IMG/VR virus record: IMGVR_UViG_3300029705_000018
Reading direction: 5' to 3' (one strand)
Origin: a virus
Taxonomy: Duplodnaviria; Heunggongvirae; Uroviricota; Caudoviricetes
DNA: 64,000 nt
Below are positions 8,970-20,516 of this stretch, in pieces (the first letter of the stretch is position 1; each line of letters opens with the position of its first letter). The notes below the pieces were generated by a model. It was not told the DNA's origin, ran no database searches, and saw only the letters and a program-made list of their open reading frames with translations. Made by a program: the position numbers and the translations under genes.

Positions 8970-10958
8970 TTACACGATTCCAAATGTCTCAATGAAGTCG
9001 GTTTCTGACAAGATCGCAACCCCCAAAGACTTCGCAGCTTGATTCTTTGAAGAGGTCGAGTTCACATCATTATTGATAAGATAATTAGTATTCTTGCTAA
9101 CAGAACCTGTTACCTTACCACCAAGAGCCTCAATTTTAGCTTTCAAAGCATCCCGATTCTTGAAATGAGTGAGCTTTCCAGTAATTACAAAGGTTTTTCC
9201 TGTTAAATCAACAGCACCTTCCGCAGTCTCCTCAACCTTTGCTTCTGGAGAATTAAATTGAATAAAATGGTCAGCAATATATTTTGCTTCGGAGTAATCA
9301 AAATCGATTAGATTACGATGCATCTCGCCTCCAAAACCGGAAAGCTGATAGAATGGATACTTACTATCCACAGCCACTACAAAATCTTCCCAAGTCTTGA
9401 AATGCTTGACCAATTCCTTAGAAGCCGTTGAACCAATCAACGGAATACCAAGAGCCGCAATGAACTGATGAAGTTCACAGTGAGAACCAGTACTAATGGC
9501 ATTAAATACCTTCTCGACGGATTTGACACCAAATCCAGGTTTTTTAATCCATTCTTCTTTATGAGTAGCCAAATCAAAAATGTCGGAGCATTTACTTACC
9601 CAACCCCAATCAATCAATTTCTCTAGAGTGGCTTTAGAAATACCCTTCATATCAAGGCCCTTCTTACCACAGAAATGATCTAATCGGTTAATCAACTTAC
9701 CAGGACATCCGGAATCAATACAAATCAACACAACGGAATCATTCACGCCCCAATGCTGAGTCATTCCGCCGCAAACAGGACACTCATGAGGAATAAGAAT
9801 CTTATTCTCTTCATATAAGCCTTCCTTACTAGCAGAAGCAATCTGCGGAATAATCATATTAGCCTTGAATACTTCAATCTCTTGATACTTATGCGGACCA
9901 AGAGGGGCAAAAATTCCTGCCATAACACTGATATTGTGTAAACTTGCTCTTTCTACGGTAGAACCATCAATATCGACTGGTTCAAAGATTGCGACGGGAG
10001 TCAAAACGCCTGTTCTACCCATCGTCCATTCGATATCCAAAAGCCTGGTAGTGTAGGTATCATCATAGAACTTAAATGCCAACGCATTTTTGAAGTGATG
10101 TGTCGTTTCGCCAAGAGAACGTCCGTATGCACAGTCCGCAAATTTGAATACTACGCCATCAATGGGATAAGAATGAATTTTTGCAGTATTTCTAATCGCA
10201 TCAATTACGTGTTCAATGTTCACTTGATTAACTGCTTGACCTGTTAGTGGAACAAATGGGACAATTGTAAATCCAAAAGGACGAAGTAATTCAAGCTTTT
10301 GGTCTAACCGATATTCCACTCCATCTTCAAAGTAGATGGAAGAAATAACATCCCATACCACAAATGTGAGCCTGCGGGCCGCACATTCCTTGGCATCTAA
10401 TAGACGAATACTACCTGCAGCGAAATTTCTTGGGTTCCGATACTGATTACTGAACTCTTGGAAATCATCATATGTGCAAATAATTTCACCATCAATTACC
10501 AGTTCATCAGTATATGGGATTTTACGCGGAATAGAAGAAAGAACTCTTGCGTTATGTAAAATATCTTCACCAACTAATCCGTTGCCCCGAGTCTCCGCAG
10601 CAACTAATTCTCCATTACGGTAAGTAAGAGAACAAGTAAGACCATCCATCTTACACATTGCCAGGAATAATTTATTTCCGACAAAATCTAATACTTCCTT
10701 TGAAGATTTAGTTTTTTCTAAGGATAACATCTTATGATTATGTTCTGCTTTTGATAAAGCATTTACTACTTCATAAGTAATAACTTGAGTAGGAGAATTA
10801 GGAAGGACTAATCCAGTTTCTTCTTCTAATTGTTTCAACTCAAAATATTTATTATCCCATTCTTCGTCTGTAATTATTGGATTTCCTTCATCATATTTTT
10901 TAGTAGCATCATTTAAGATAGCTACTAAATAATGAATTTTATCATAGATACTATCCAT
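8970..10958 (-). CDS. ligA: NAD+-dependent DNA ligase
   Basis: 662 aa. It has the adenylation motif KMDGL, an OB fold, a Zn-finger (CPVCGG), HhH repeats and a BRCT-like C-terminus. Confidence 0.9.
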   Translation of the reverse strand: MDSIYDKIHYLVAILNDATKKYDEGNPIITDEEWDNKYFELKQLEEETGLVLPNSPTQVITYEVVNALSKAEHNHKMLSLEKTKSSKEVLDFVGNKLFLAMCKMDGLTCSLTYRNGELVAAETRGNGLVGEDILHNARVLSSIPRKIPYTDELVIDGEIICTYDDFQEFSNQYRNPRNFAAGSIRLLDAKECAARRLTFVVWDVISSIYFEDGVEYRLDQKLELLRPFGFTIVPFVPLTGQAVNQVNIEHVIDAIRNTAKIHSYPIDGVVFKFADCAYGRSLGETTHHFKNALAFKFYDDTYTTRLLDIEWTMGRTGVLTPVAIFEPVDIDGSTVERASLHNISVMAGIFAPLGPHKYQEIEVFKANMIIPQIASASKEGLYEENKILIPHECPVCGGMTQHWGVNDSVVLICIDSGCPGKLINRLDHFCGKKGLDMKGISKATLEKLIDWGWVSKCSDIFDLATHKEEWIKKPGFGVKSVEKVFNAISTGSHCELHQFIAALGIPLIGSTASKELVKHFKTWEDFVVAVDSKYPFYQLSGFGGEMHRNLIDFDYSEAKYIADHFIQFNSPEAKVEETAEGAVDLTGKTFVITGKLTHFKNRDALKAKIEALGGKVTGSVSKNTNYLINNDVNSTSSKNQAAKSLGVAILSETDFIETFGIV

Positions 10959-11018
10959 TATTATTCTCCTTAATTACAAATATATTATATAAAAAATTTT
11001 TTCTTTTGTCAAGTAAGT

Positions 11019-11390
11019 TTAGCCTATAAGCGTGGGTTCAAAATGCTCATAATCATGATGTGGAATGGCTAAAATTTCACCAATTTTCAAAAAATTGAGT
11101 CTTGGTACAATATGCAATCCATCCATTTGCAATTCACTTGGAGCAACAATACTATTCATTTTTACTCCTTTACTTTGACAGAGTAAATCAAAAGTATCTT
11201 CACTCATATAATAATCATAATTATGTGCATATTCATAATGGCGATTTAGAAAACCTTTTAGACTTTCTAAATTTACCACCTGAGATTGAACTCTGTCTTC
11301 ATGATAAGAACTTACAAGCGCATCTTTATCATCTAGCTCGTCCCAACCAATAGAGTTGGGACGGCTATAATATTCACTCAAAATCATCAT
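11019..11390 (-). CDS. Hypothetical protein
   Basis: 123-aa ORF between the ligase and topoisomerase genes. Confidence 0.3.
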   Translation of the reverse strand: MMILSEYYSRPNSIGWDELDDKDALVSSYHEDRVQSQVVNLESLKGFLNRHYEYAHNYDYYMSEDTFDLLCQSKGVKMNSIVAPSELQMDGLHIVPRLNFLKIGEILAIPHHDYEHFEPTLIG

Positions 11391-13762
11391 ACTTTACTTA
11401 CAGAAAGAACCTTATTTCCTTTGATTACTTGATTACCGATTGAAGGACGGCCCAAAGTGGGAATTTCAGATGCTTCAATACAAATACTGCTCTTATCACC
11501 CAAAATCAAGATACTATCCCCATCCTCAATTAAGGTTGCCGCACTTACCATTCCAGTAGAATCAGTAGGCTTGTAGCACATTAGACCCTTACCTCCACGC
11601 TTCTGGATTGGTAATTCAGACAGGTCAAACTTCTTAGCCAGACCATTCTGAACAAAAATTGCTAACTTATCAGTCTTATTGCGGATTGGAACTGCGCTGA
11701 CTACCTTATCTTCGGCGCCCAAGGTAATACCCTTTACACCAGAAGTGGTTCTAGAAGTAGCTCCAATTTCCTTAGAATCAAAATGGATACCATAACCCTT
11801 TTCAGTTACGATAATCAAAGGTTCATCCTTGATTAGAGAAACAGCAGCCAGCTCATCGCCCTCTTTGATAGTGATTGCGGCAATGCCAGTCTTCTTCTTG
11901 GTCTTGACATATTCATCTAAAGCGGTCTTTTTGACCAAACCATTCTTGGTCACGAACAGGACATATTGAGCATCAGTATCACGATAGATAGAATACATCA
12001 CCGCAGGCTGTTCATCCATCTCCATATTGATTAGAGATTTGATAGAAGTGCCCTTACTTACATTAGTTCCTACTGGAACATCATTTACAAGTAGACGATA
12101 CATCTTACCCTTGTTACTGAAAATCATCAGAGAATCAATAGTATTGGTGCGGATAACAGCATGAGTAATGTCATCTTGAGTCTTTACACCTTTACCATTT
12201 CTCTTCTGGGTGCGGAAACTGGTTGCGGGGATGCGCTTGACAAGACCACCTTCGGTCATAATAACAACGCACTTTTCAGGTTCAACGAACTCAATTTCCT
12301 TTTCTTCCTTAGTGGAAGCGACCTGGGTTATAGTACTTCTACGAGCATCACCATAAAGCTTTTTAAGTTCGGTGAATTCTTCCACAAGTGATGGAGTTGG
12401 ATTCTTAAGAATATTCTCCAATCGCTGGGACTCAAGAATTTTTTCATTTCTCTCAGTTTCAATTTCAACCTTCTCCAATTTAGCCAACTTAGAAAGCTTC
12501 ATATCTAAGATTGCCTTTGCCTGGGCTTCAGAGAAGTTATACTGGCTCATAAGCGCAGTTTTAGCAGCGGCCGCACTTTCAGACTTTTTGATAAGTGCGA
12601 TAATATTATCAATATTTTCTAGTGCCTTTAACAGACCCTCTAAAATATGGATTCGTGCGGCAATCTTATCTAATTCAAACTTTGTTTTTCTTAGTAGAAC
12701 ATCCTTTTGGTGATCAATATAAATCTCCAAAAGTTGCTTGATATTCAATAGTTGAGGCTTTTTATCCACAAGGGCAACTTGATTGAAACTGTAAGTATCT
12801 TCCAATCGTGTGAGCTTGAATAATTTTGCGATAATCGGTTCAGTAGAAACTCCTTTAGCAACTTCAATAACAAAGCGCACACCATCTTTATTGGATTCAT
12901 CTCGAATTGCGGTAATACCTTCTAACTTACCTTCTTCGCAGAGCTTATCAATCTCTTTTACAAGGTCTTCTTTAGAAACTTTGTAGGGAATGGAAGTAAA
13001 AACGATACTATCACTTTTCTTATCAGATTCAACAACATATTCGCCCCGAATCCTTGCTCTGCCCTTACCCATTAGGTAAGCTGCGGGCAGTTCGTCCTTA
13101 TTGATAATTGTTCCGCCGGTGGGAAAGTCAGGTCCAGAAATGTAATTCAAAATTTCCTTGATATCACATTCAGGGTTCTGCGCGACATGGATAGCCGCAT
13201 CCATAACTTCATTCATATTGTGAGGGGCGAAACTACAAGCCATCGCAACAGCAATGCCAGAAGTACCATTAACAATCAAGTTAGGAACTCGACCGGGTAG
13301 ATAAATAGGCTCTTGCTCTTCATCAGTATAAGCGTTCTGCCAATCTACTGTATCTTTCTTGATGTCTGCTAACATTTCTTCGCCAGCCTTAGATAGCTTA
13401 CACTCAGTATAACGATAAGCAGCGGGTTCATCACCATCTCTACTACCATTATTGCCATGGAATTGAATCAGCGGATATCGCATATTCCAAGGCTGACTCA
13501 ACCAGACCAGCGCACCATAAATAGAACTGTCACCATGAGGATGGAAACGGCCCATGGTGTCACCGACGGGCTGGGCGCACTTTACAAATTTCTTATTATT
13601 CATATAGCCTTTGTCGAACATATCCCAAAGGATACGACGAGCAACAGGCTTCAAACCATCTTCTGCGGAAGGGATGGCTCTGTCTGTGATGACACTCAAA
13701 CTGTAATCAAGGAAACTTTGTTCAACTTCCCTGATGATCGGTGTCTGAATTATGTCTCCCAT
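11387..13762 (-). CDS. Type II topoisomerase subunit A (GyrA/ParC-like)
   Basis: 791 aa. It has a GyrA N-terminal breakage-reunion domain with the active-site region, and C-terminal beta-pinwheel repeats. Confidence 0.85.
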   Translation of the reverse strand: MGDIIQTPIIREVEQSFLDYSLSVITDRAIPSAEDGLKPVARRILWDMFDKGYMNNKKFVKCAQPVGDTMGRFHPHGDSSIYGALVWLSQPWNMRYPLIQFHGNNGSRDGDEPAAYRYTECKLSKAGEEMLADIKKDTVDWQNAYTDEEQEPIYLPGRVPNLIVNGTSGIAVAMACSFAPHNMNEVMDAAIHVAQNPECDIKEILNYISGPDFPTGGTIINKDELPAAYLMGKGRARIRGEYVVESDKKSDSIVFTSIPYKVSKEDLVKEIDKLCEEGKLEGITAIRDESNKDGVRFVIEVAKGVSTEPIIAKLFKLTRLEDTYSFNQVALVDKKPQLLNIKQLLEIYIDHQKDVLLRKTKFELDKIAARIHILEGLLKALENIDNIIALIKKSESAAAAKTALMSQYNFSEAQAKAILDMKLSKLAKLEKVEIETERNEKILESQRLENILKNPTPSLVEEFTELKKLYGDARRSTITQVASTKEEKEIEFVEPEKCVVIMTEGGLVKRIPATSFRTQKRNGKGVKTQDDITHAVIRTNTIDSLMIFSNKGKMYRLLVNDVPVGTNVSKGTSIKSLINMEMDEQPAVMYSIYRDTDAQYVLFVTKNGLVKKTALDEYVKTKKKTGIAAITIKEGDELAAVSLIKDEPLIIVTEKGYGIHFDSKEIGATSRTTSGVKGITLGAEDKVVSAVPIRNKTDKLAIFVQNGLAKKFDLSELPIQKRGGKGLMCYKPTDSTGMVSAATLIEDGDSILILGDKSSICIEASEIPTLGRPSIGNQVIKGNKVLSVSKV

Positions 13763-13989
13763 AAGGAACCTCCTTTACATCTACAAATTGATCGAAAAAC
13801 TCATTCATCGTTTGAGGTAAAGTTCGATCTATAACATCTTCAATTATTTTAAGTAATGTCTCAGTTGGGTAACGCGCATCAAGCCAAGGTTTTTCTGTGG
13901 AAATGGCAGGAATTGGCATATATTTTCTTTCCAAATCTATTGACCAATCTTGACTTTTAGGCTTGACAAGTGTGCGTCTTTCTTTCCAA

Positions 13990-14466
13990 TCAACTATATG
14001 TGGCATATGCTTCTTCCTCACTAATATATCCAGTAGCCAATTGGTCGGCTAGTTCATTCCACTCATGTCCATTATGACCTTTAATTTTTCTCAAATCAAT
14101 GCGGTAACCTTCTTTGTACCAGTCATAATATGCTTGAATCAAATCCAGATTTTCTGGTTTTTGCTTATCACTTTTAATCCAGCCTCGTCTTGCCCAGTTG
14201 AACATCCACTCATTGAATGTATTCACGCAATATGCAGAGTCGCTATATACGATCGGTGGCTGGCCCCAATCATCGCACTTCTCTCCGTAATTGAGCATTA
14301 CATATAAAATTGCTTTTAGTTCTTCTCGATTATTTGTGGTATCATTGGATCTCTTGGCTCGAACAAATTGAACAGAACCATTATCATCGACACCAACGAT
14401 ACCATAACCACCTTTTGCATTGGCCTTACCATTGCCAATACAGGAACCATCAGTGTAAAAAGTCAT
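13990..14466 (-). CDS. rnhA: Ribonuclease HI
   Basis: 158 aa. MTFYTDGSCIGNGKANAKGGYGIV...NNREELKAILY...GHNGHEWNELADQLA is the RNase H fold with conserved acidic residues. Confidence 0.8.
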   Translation of the reverse strand: MTFYTDGSCIGNGKANAKGGYGIVGVDDNGSVQFVRAKRSNDTTNNREELKAILYVMLNYGEKCDDWGQPPIVYSDSAYCVNTFNEWMFNWARRGWIKSDKQKPENLDLIQAYYDWYKEGYRIDLRKIKGHNGHEWNELADQLATGYISEEEAYATYS

Positions 14467-14920
14467 TTGGATGTCCTTTCAAAATATCGTCAATTATTTT
14501 ATCAATATCTACTTCTTCAGCAATATCAACAATGGAACTAACTTCTTTAGTTCCTTTTAGAACAGTCATTCCCTTCAACACTTGCTCATTACAAAGCATT
14601 ACAGTATTATTAGGAAATGCTTCTTGTAATTCTTTTAGAATGTTTTGGCAATCACTCAATTTCATATTCGCAGAAATATGACATAACAGCACATCACCAG
14701 GGTCAAGAGATACTTTTTGAATTTTATATCCCTCCCAAGTTCCAGTTATTCCATCCTGCTTCACAGAAGCAGGCGGAATATAATTTGGATTTACTGCTGT
14801 TGTAGAGCGATTATTCAAATAACTATAAGGAGTGCCGGTACTATACGCGTTAGTTAAGCCAGCATAAATTTCTCTTTCTTTTTGGTATCCATTATACATC
14901 GATATTCGCCCTTTCTGCAT
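14450..14920 (-). CDS. Hypothetical protein
   Basis: 156-aa ORF between rnhA and the topoisomerase B gene. Confidence 0.3.
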   Translation of the reverse strand: MQKGRISMYNGYQKEREIYAGLTNAYSTGTPYSYLNNRSTTAVNPNYIPPASVKQDGITGTWEGYKIQKVSLDPGDVLLCHISANMKLSDCQNILKELQEAFPNNTVMLCNEQVLKGMTVLKGTKEVSSIVDIAEEVDIDKIIDDILKGHPNDFLH

Positions 14921-16787
14921 TGTCCTCGATAAATTTCTTACGAGGAGTGACTGATTCGCCCATCAAGCTCATGAAGACATTAGCAACGGAGGCCGCATCT
15001 TCCATAGTAATCTGCTTCAAGGTACGAGTGTTTGGATTCATAACAGTTTCTGCCATTTCTTCGGGGTCCATTTCGCCCAGACCTTTCATACGACCAAGTT
15101 CAAATTTCTTTGTATTAGTCTTACGGAAGGCTTCAAGAGCTGGGTCATCTTTCAGATACTGAATCTTAGTTCCCATAGTAACCTTATAAAGTGGAGGAAC
15201 TGCCGCATAAATATAACCCTTATCCAAAAGATCAGGACAGAACTTCCAAATGAAAGTTAAGAACAAAACACGAATGTGAGAACCGTCAACATCAGCATCA
15301 GCAGTAATGATAAACTTACCATATCTCAACTTAGATTCGTCAACAATGATTTTACCATCCTTGACCTCTAAGCCAAAAGCGTCAACCATACCGTTAATTT
15401 CCTTATTTTGAAGCGCTTTATGTAAATCGCATTTCAAAACATTTAAAGGTTTACCTCTTAGCTGGAATACTGCCTGAGTGCCACGATCTCGCGCTTCTTT
15501 AGTAGAACCCGCTGCGGACTTACCCTCAACGATAAATACTTCACACTTTGCACGATCCTTAGAACTGGCATCTGCCAGAACGTCAGGCATCACAACTCTG
15601 CGCTTGGCGTCAACCTTACGGACGGTTTCCTTGGCCTTCTTTGCCTTTTCGCGGGCCGCACGTGCCAAGAGTGCTTTATCAACTATTGCTTTTGCATCTT
15701 TTGGATTTGCGTCCAGCCAAATTTTAATTTCCTTAGAAACTAAGCGTTGGACTGCGGTTCTTGCTTCACTACTGGAAAGAACATCCTTAGTCTGACCAGA
15801 GAAAACGGGGTCAGGCATGATGAAAGACAAGACCAGAACTAAACCTTCTTTCAATTCTTCGCCAGTGATATTAGCATCTTTTTCCTTCAATAGCTTATTT
15901 TCACGAGCATAATCATTGACAGTAGAAGTTAGTGCAGTTCTGAAACCTGTTAAGTGAGTTCCTGCGCTATTGGGAATGGAGTTAGTATATAATTTATATA
16001 CATCGGTGTAAGTATCATTATATTGCATGGCAATTTTTACACCGATTCTATCTTCCATACTTTCAGTATAAAATACGGAAGTAAGTTTAGTTCTTTCTCT
16101 ATTGAGATCATCAATGTAATCTCTAATGCCATTTTTGGAGGTAATATATTCAGTTTCATTACCCTCAAAATTCAAAACAAAATTCATACCAGGAGAGAGA
16201 TATGCTAACTCCTGGATTTGCTTCTTTAAAGCAGTATAATCAAGATGAATACCCTCCTTGAAAATGGTTTCATCAGGAAGGAAAGTTACTGTAGTGCCAG
16301 TTTTTACTCCACGGGCAGTATTTTCATTATAACTTATCAATTCACCTTTCTTAAATTTAGCAATAGCCAATTTTCCTTCTCTCAAAGAACGAACTTCAAA
16401 AGTTTCAGAAAGGGCATTAGTTGCCTTAGCACCAACACCATTCATACCGCCAGAAGTATTATAACCAGTTTTACCTTCACTATCGAATTTTGCACCAGTA
16501 TGAAGTTTAGTATAAACATTTACAAGAACTTCACTACCATCTTCTGCTTTACCAAAGGGGACGCCACGACCATTATCTTCAATCTCAATGGTGCCATCTT
16601 TGCTTACGGTAATAGCACATTCAGTACAATATCCGTTTAAATATTCATCAACAGCATTAGAAATGATTTCGAGTGTAATATGTCTAACACCTGCAGGACC
16701 GACTGAGCCTACATACATACCTGGACGCAGGCGAATCGCTTCGATACCTTCAAGCGTTTTTATGTCTTTTACGCCATAATCTAACAT
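14892..16787 (-). CDS. Type II topoisomerase subunit B (GyrB/ParE-like)
   Basis: 631 aa with a GHKL ATPase N-terminus, a TOPRIM domain (EGKSA, DADVDGSHI) and a GyrB C-terminus. Confidence 0.9.
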   Translation of the reverse strand: MLDYGVKDIKTLEGIEAIRLRPGMYVGSVGPAGVRHITLEIISNAVDEYLNGYCTECAITVSKDGTIEIEDNGRGVPFGKAEDGSEVLVNVYTKLHTGAKFDSEGKTGYNTSGGMNGVGAKATNALSETFEVRSLREGKLAIAKFKKGELISYNENTARGVKTGTTVTFLPDETIFKEGIHLDYTALKKQIQELAYLSPGMNFVLNFEGNETEYITSKNGIRDYIDDLNRERTKLTSVFYTESMEDRIGVKIAMQYNDTYTDVYKLYTNSIPNSAGTHLTGFRTALTSTVNDYARENKLLKEKDANITGEELKEGLVLVLSFIMPDPVFSGQTKDVLSSSEARTAVQRLVSKEIKIWLDANPKDAKAIVDKALLARAAREKAKKAKETVRKVDAKRRVVMPDVLADASSKDRAKCEVFIVEGKSAAGSTKEARDRGTQAVFQLRGKPLNVLKCDLHKALQNKEINGMVDAFGLEVKDGKIIVDESKLRYGKFIITADADVDGSHIRVLFLTFIWKFCPDLLDKGYIYAAVPPLYKVTMGTKIQYLKDDPALEAFRKTNTKKFELGRMKGLGEMDPEEMAETVMNPNTRTLKQITMEDAASVANVFMSLMGESVTPRKKFIEDNAERANIDV

Positions 16788-16832
16788 ATCGTTCTCCTTT
16801 CAAATTTCCTTAGATTTTTTTCTTATGTGTAT

Positions 16833-16861
16833 ATTATACCATTATTTTTTTGAAAAATCAA
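16833..16861 (-). promoter_or_regulatory. Sigma-70-type promoter for the topoisomerase B operon
   Basis: The minus strand reads TTGATTTTTCAAAAAAATAATGGTATAAT. Confidence 0.6.
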
Positions 16862-17118
16862 GTATTTTGTTAGCAAGGATTTGATAGGTCAAAAAATAAT
16901 ATTATAATGATAATAAATTTGATTTACAATGAAAGAAGATAAGGGAGGGGATTATATTGTCTTTATTAGAGAAAATATAGCTTATAGTAGGATGTTATTA
17001 TTTATCAGACTTACGTTTTCAACCTTATAATTTAATTGCAAAATGGATTTTCAGGATTGTAAGTCTTGAAAATTACACGCAAAAAGAAATTGATGATGCA
17101 TATAATTATATTTTTGAG

Positions 17119-17164
17119 TAAAAAAAAATAAAGCCGAGTAGATAAAATATCTACTCGGCTTTAT
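17119..17164 (-). terminator. Rho-independent terminator downstream of the holin-like gene
   Basis: A 14-bp stem (aagccgagtagata / tatctactcggctt) is followed on the minus strand by a U-run. Confidence 0.6.
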
Positions 17165-17170
17165 TGTCAT

Positions 17171-17500
17171 TTAACCGCAGGCATCGTCTACGAATTCTTC
17201 TTCTGGGACAGGTGGGGCATTATCCTGAGTTAGTAATTGTTGCATTACGCTTTCATATTTTATGCCACCCTTAGTATTTTCTTTTTCGGCTTTTTTATAA
17301 TATGCTTGTTGACTGATAGCATATGCGCCCCAAGGACAAGCTGCCATAGCAGTGACCCAAGGTAATTCACCGAAATATTGATTTATGATACAAACGAAGG
17401 CTAAAATAATGAAAGCAATAGTAACTAACCAAATAAGCGCTGATTCTTGAACCAGTAGCTTTTTGGAAAATTCCATTTTTTCTTTCTTCTTATCAGCCAT
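17171..17500 (-). CDS. Putative holin (two transmembrane segments)
   Basis: 109 aa. It has two hydrophobic helices and a charged C-terminus, and lies immediately downstream of the endolysin gene. Confidence 0.45.
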   Translation of the reverse strand: MADKKKEKMEFSKKLLVQESALIWLVTIAFIILAFVCIINQYFGELPWVTAMAACPWGAYAISQQAYYKKAEKENTKGGIKYESVMQQLLTQDNAPPVPEEEFVDDACG

Positions 17501-19170
17501 TACTTTTTAGCTTCAATCTTCTTGGTGAAATCTAGGCAAATCCAGCCAGAACCATTTTTCATCTTGCCCCAGCCATCTTTTTCATCAATGATGGTGTATA
17601 ACTGGTTCTGCTTTACTTGAGTATTAACTTTGTAATTAGTACCTGCGCCCGCACGTACATTTACTACATCACCGGTAATCATTATGACGTAAGCTTCAAA
17701 ACCAGGAGCAGTAGCTAATTCAGAATCATATTCTTTCAAATACTTCTTATCAACAATACCGCTAATAGGACCGGTCTTTACAGTAGAAATAGTGATATTA
17801 TCTCCATTGATCTTACGAACAAATAATTTTTTACCAAACATCCAAGAGGCTACAGATTTACCATTGGTAAATACAGCATCATTAGTTAGCATGACTTCCA
17901 TGCCAGGCTCTAATTTTAATTCCTCTTCTGGAACAATAATAGTATTTTCACTCATTTTATTTACAGCCTCCTTAATAGCTTTTTTAGTTAAAGGTCCGAC
18001 GATACCATCATCGTCTAGGTTATTCTTTCTTTGGAAGTCAATAACTGCGGCATATGTCTTAGAACCAAAATCTCCATCTGGTCCTTTAGAACCAACATTA
18101 TAACCCAATTTAACTAACCATTCTTGTAACTCTCTTACGTCTTCACCAGTATCACCAATGCTTAAAACATCATTGTTAATAGATGGAGTTGGAGTTGGTG
18201 TAGGAGTTACAGAGCTTCCACCGCCAAAAGTAGTACGAGGAGCTTCATTCTGTCCATACCAGAAAGATTTCTTATCTCTAGTATCGACGTGAGTAAAATG
18301 TCCATCAGCACTGGTTTCATATAAACCAATACCTTTAATTCCAATACTTTCAGCATATTTTGCTACTTCTCTTGGAGCAACTCCCTAAACAACAATATCA
18401 GCAGCATCACCTTTAGAGTGACGAGAGCCAGTAGCGCCACCAATACGCTTATTGTGAACTGGACATCTGTATCCACTAGTTACAGTGATAGATTTACCAA
18501 AATGGTCTCTAATTTTTTGAACATATTCAACTAATTTAGGGTTGATAATGGTCTCAGAGCAGCAGCCAGAACCATGACAATCGAACTCTAAAGAGTTGAA
18601 GTTTTCAGATAACTTAGTCTTTTGACCCTTTTTATAAGTATTAGTAGCCATAGTAGTATTTTCAACTCCTTTTACATATTTATCATAATACACTTGGCCC
18701 ATTGCGGCACGCTTGGATTTTTGAGCGGCTGCATTAGCAGGTCTTTCAAAATTCATAAGAACTACATCGGATGCTTGCTGAACTGTAGTAGCATTTACTA
18801 AAATATTATAAACTGAATTCTTATAAGAGGTTTTCAATTCCTTTATTAAAAATTCTAACTACATTTCCAAATCTCCAATGGATTTCTTCTTGGACTTTGC
18901 ATAGTTTAATAGATTTTCCTTACGAGACCAATAAGTCCATTGAGCCAAGCCATATCCTGCAGAGTCACGCACAAAGTTGGTATATGTTCCATTATCAACT
19001 TTTGCGGTATACTCGGCATCGCTTAGTCCCAAAGAACGACTATATGTATCTTGTAAGTTATTGGGGCGAAGGGCAGATTCGGCGTCTAAATTTCCCATCA
19101 GACCGGCTACACCGAAATCGCTAAAGCCTTCTTTCTTTAGAAAATCCCAAATGATTTTACTATTAGACAT
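17500..19170 (-). CDS. Multidomain endolysin (lysozyme-like, M15 D-Ala-D-Ala peptidase, PG_binding_1, SH3-like). It has two in-frame TAG codons read as Gln.
   Basis: Track ORFs 18859..19170, 18385..18837 and 17500..18108 are in one frame. My translation of 18109..18384 gives HFTHVDTRDKKSFW...PTPTPTPS...GDTGEDVRELQEWLVKLGYNVG with no stop. TAG codons at 18859-18861 and 18385-18387 are the only interruptions. The M15 motif is SGYRCPVHNKRIGGATGSRHSKGDAADI. Confidence 0.7.
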
Positions 19171-19229
19171 TCCTCTTCCTCCTTTAGATATGAAATATCC
19201 CCAATGGGAAGACCCATCGGGGATAATAA

Positions 19230-20516
19230 TTACATTTTTTCAGCAATACGAGCGATTTTAGAACGATGAATATTTTTCAAAGTAATTTCACCGTATATAT
19301 CTTCGCCACGATAAACTTGAGAAGCTCGCTTCATACCATTACTACTACCAGCAAAGTGAATATCATCAACCTGTGCTTTACAGTCACCATCAATAATACA
19401 AATGCTATCTTCACCGATACGTTGTAATGTTAGTTTCATCAGCTCAATATCTAAGTTTTGAGCCTCAGAAATATAAATGCCAGCTTTCATTCCAGTAGTA
19501 TCATAACCACGAATATCAGATAGTGGAAGCAAAATTAATTTTTCGTCGTTAATCATTTGTTCAACAGCAATACGACCACCAAATTTACTAATTAAAAGAT
19601 TACCAATTTGAGAATCTAATAACTTTTCATCCCTGGTACCAGGATAATAACCCAATTTAGCAGAATTCTTAGTTGCTACAGTATTACAGAACACAATAAT
19701 TTTATCAATGCGATTGCGTTCCAGCTTATGTAACAAGAAGCCTAGACTAATGAAAGTTTTACCGGTTCCCGCAGGTCCCTTAATCATAGTAATTTTGTTA
19801 TTACTCAAGCTGTCGAAAGCCAAGGATTGATAAGCATCACTTTTCATTGGCTTGACATTGCCGAAATAATTAGAGTTGAATGAGTCATACGATAAATGAC
19901 GATAACCTTCACCTGTCCAGCATAGTCTATCCACTAACTCACCTGTCTCTTGGTCATACACTAACAAATATTCATTTATATATAAGTCAAATAAATTCTT
20001 ATTCATATTAGAATAAAAATTACTCATAGCTTCAGAATCTAAATATACCTCTTTATATCCGTCATAATCATATGCTTCTTCTTGATATGATTCAACGGGA
20101 ATGGGTAATACAGTTCTTGCTAAATGCTTACAGCATAAATCATTTGTTACGAAAATTACTTCATCGTCTTGGTGGTTACGAGCGAACCAGTCAGCGCAAG
20201 CAATAATTTTACCATCTTCATTAGACAATAAACTTAGTGCAAAATCACTGCTCCAAATAACGATTTCATAATCTCCATAGTGTTGATCCAATTCATGGAC
20301 TACTTTGCGGGCCGCAAACTTTACATCTGGGTCTTTATTTGCGGAAGTCTTGATATGTTCTAATTCTTCTAATGTAATGGAAGAAATGACCAAAGTACAA
20401 TCTTCGTCCCATAAATGGTTTGCTTTTAGAAGTAAAGAACAAGTGTCATAAAATTTATACATCATCTTCAATAACCTCTTCTTCCTCTTGGTCGTCGTCA
20501 GGAACTTGGAAGCCAA
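19230..20516 (-). CDS. phoH: PhoH-like ATPase with an N-terminal PIN domain
   Basis: 428 aa. It has a PIN-like N-terminus and Walker A GPAGTGKTFISL followed by a PhoH core. Confidence 0.8.
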   Translation of the reverse strand: MASKFLTTTKRKKRLLKMMYKFYDTCSLLLKANHLWDEDCTLVISSITLEELEHIKTSANKDPDVKFAARKVVHELDQHYGDYEIVIWSSDFALSLLSNEDGKIIACADWFARNHQDDEVIFVTNDLCCKHLARTVLPIPVESYQEEAYDYDGYKEVYLDSEAMSNFYSNMNKNLFDLYINEYLLVYDQETGELVDRLCWTGEGYRHLSYDSFNSNYFGNVKPMKSDAYQSLAFDSLSNNKITMIKGPAGTGKTFISLGFLLHKLERNRIDKIIVFCNTVATKNSAKLGYYPGTRDEKLLDSQIGNLLISKFGGRIAVEQMINDEKLILLPLSDIRGYDTTGMKAGIYISEAQNLDIELMKLTLQRIGEDSICIIDGDCKAQVDDIHFAGSSNGMKRASQVYRGEDIYGEITLKNIHRSKIARIAEKM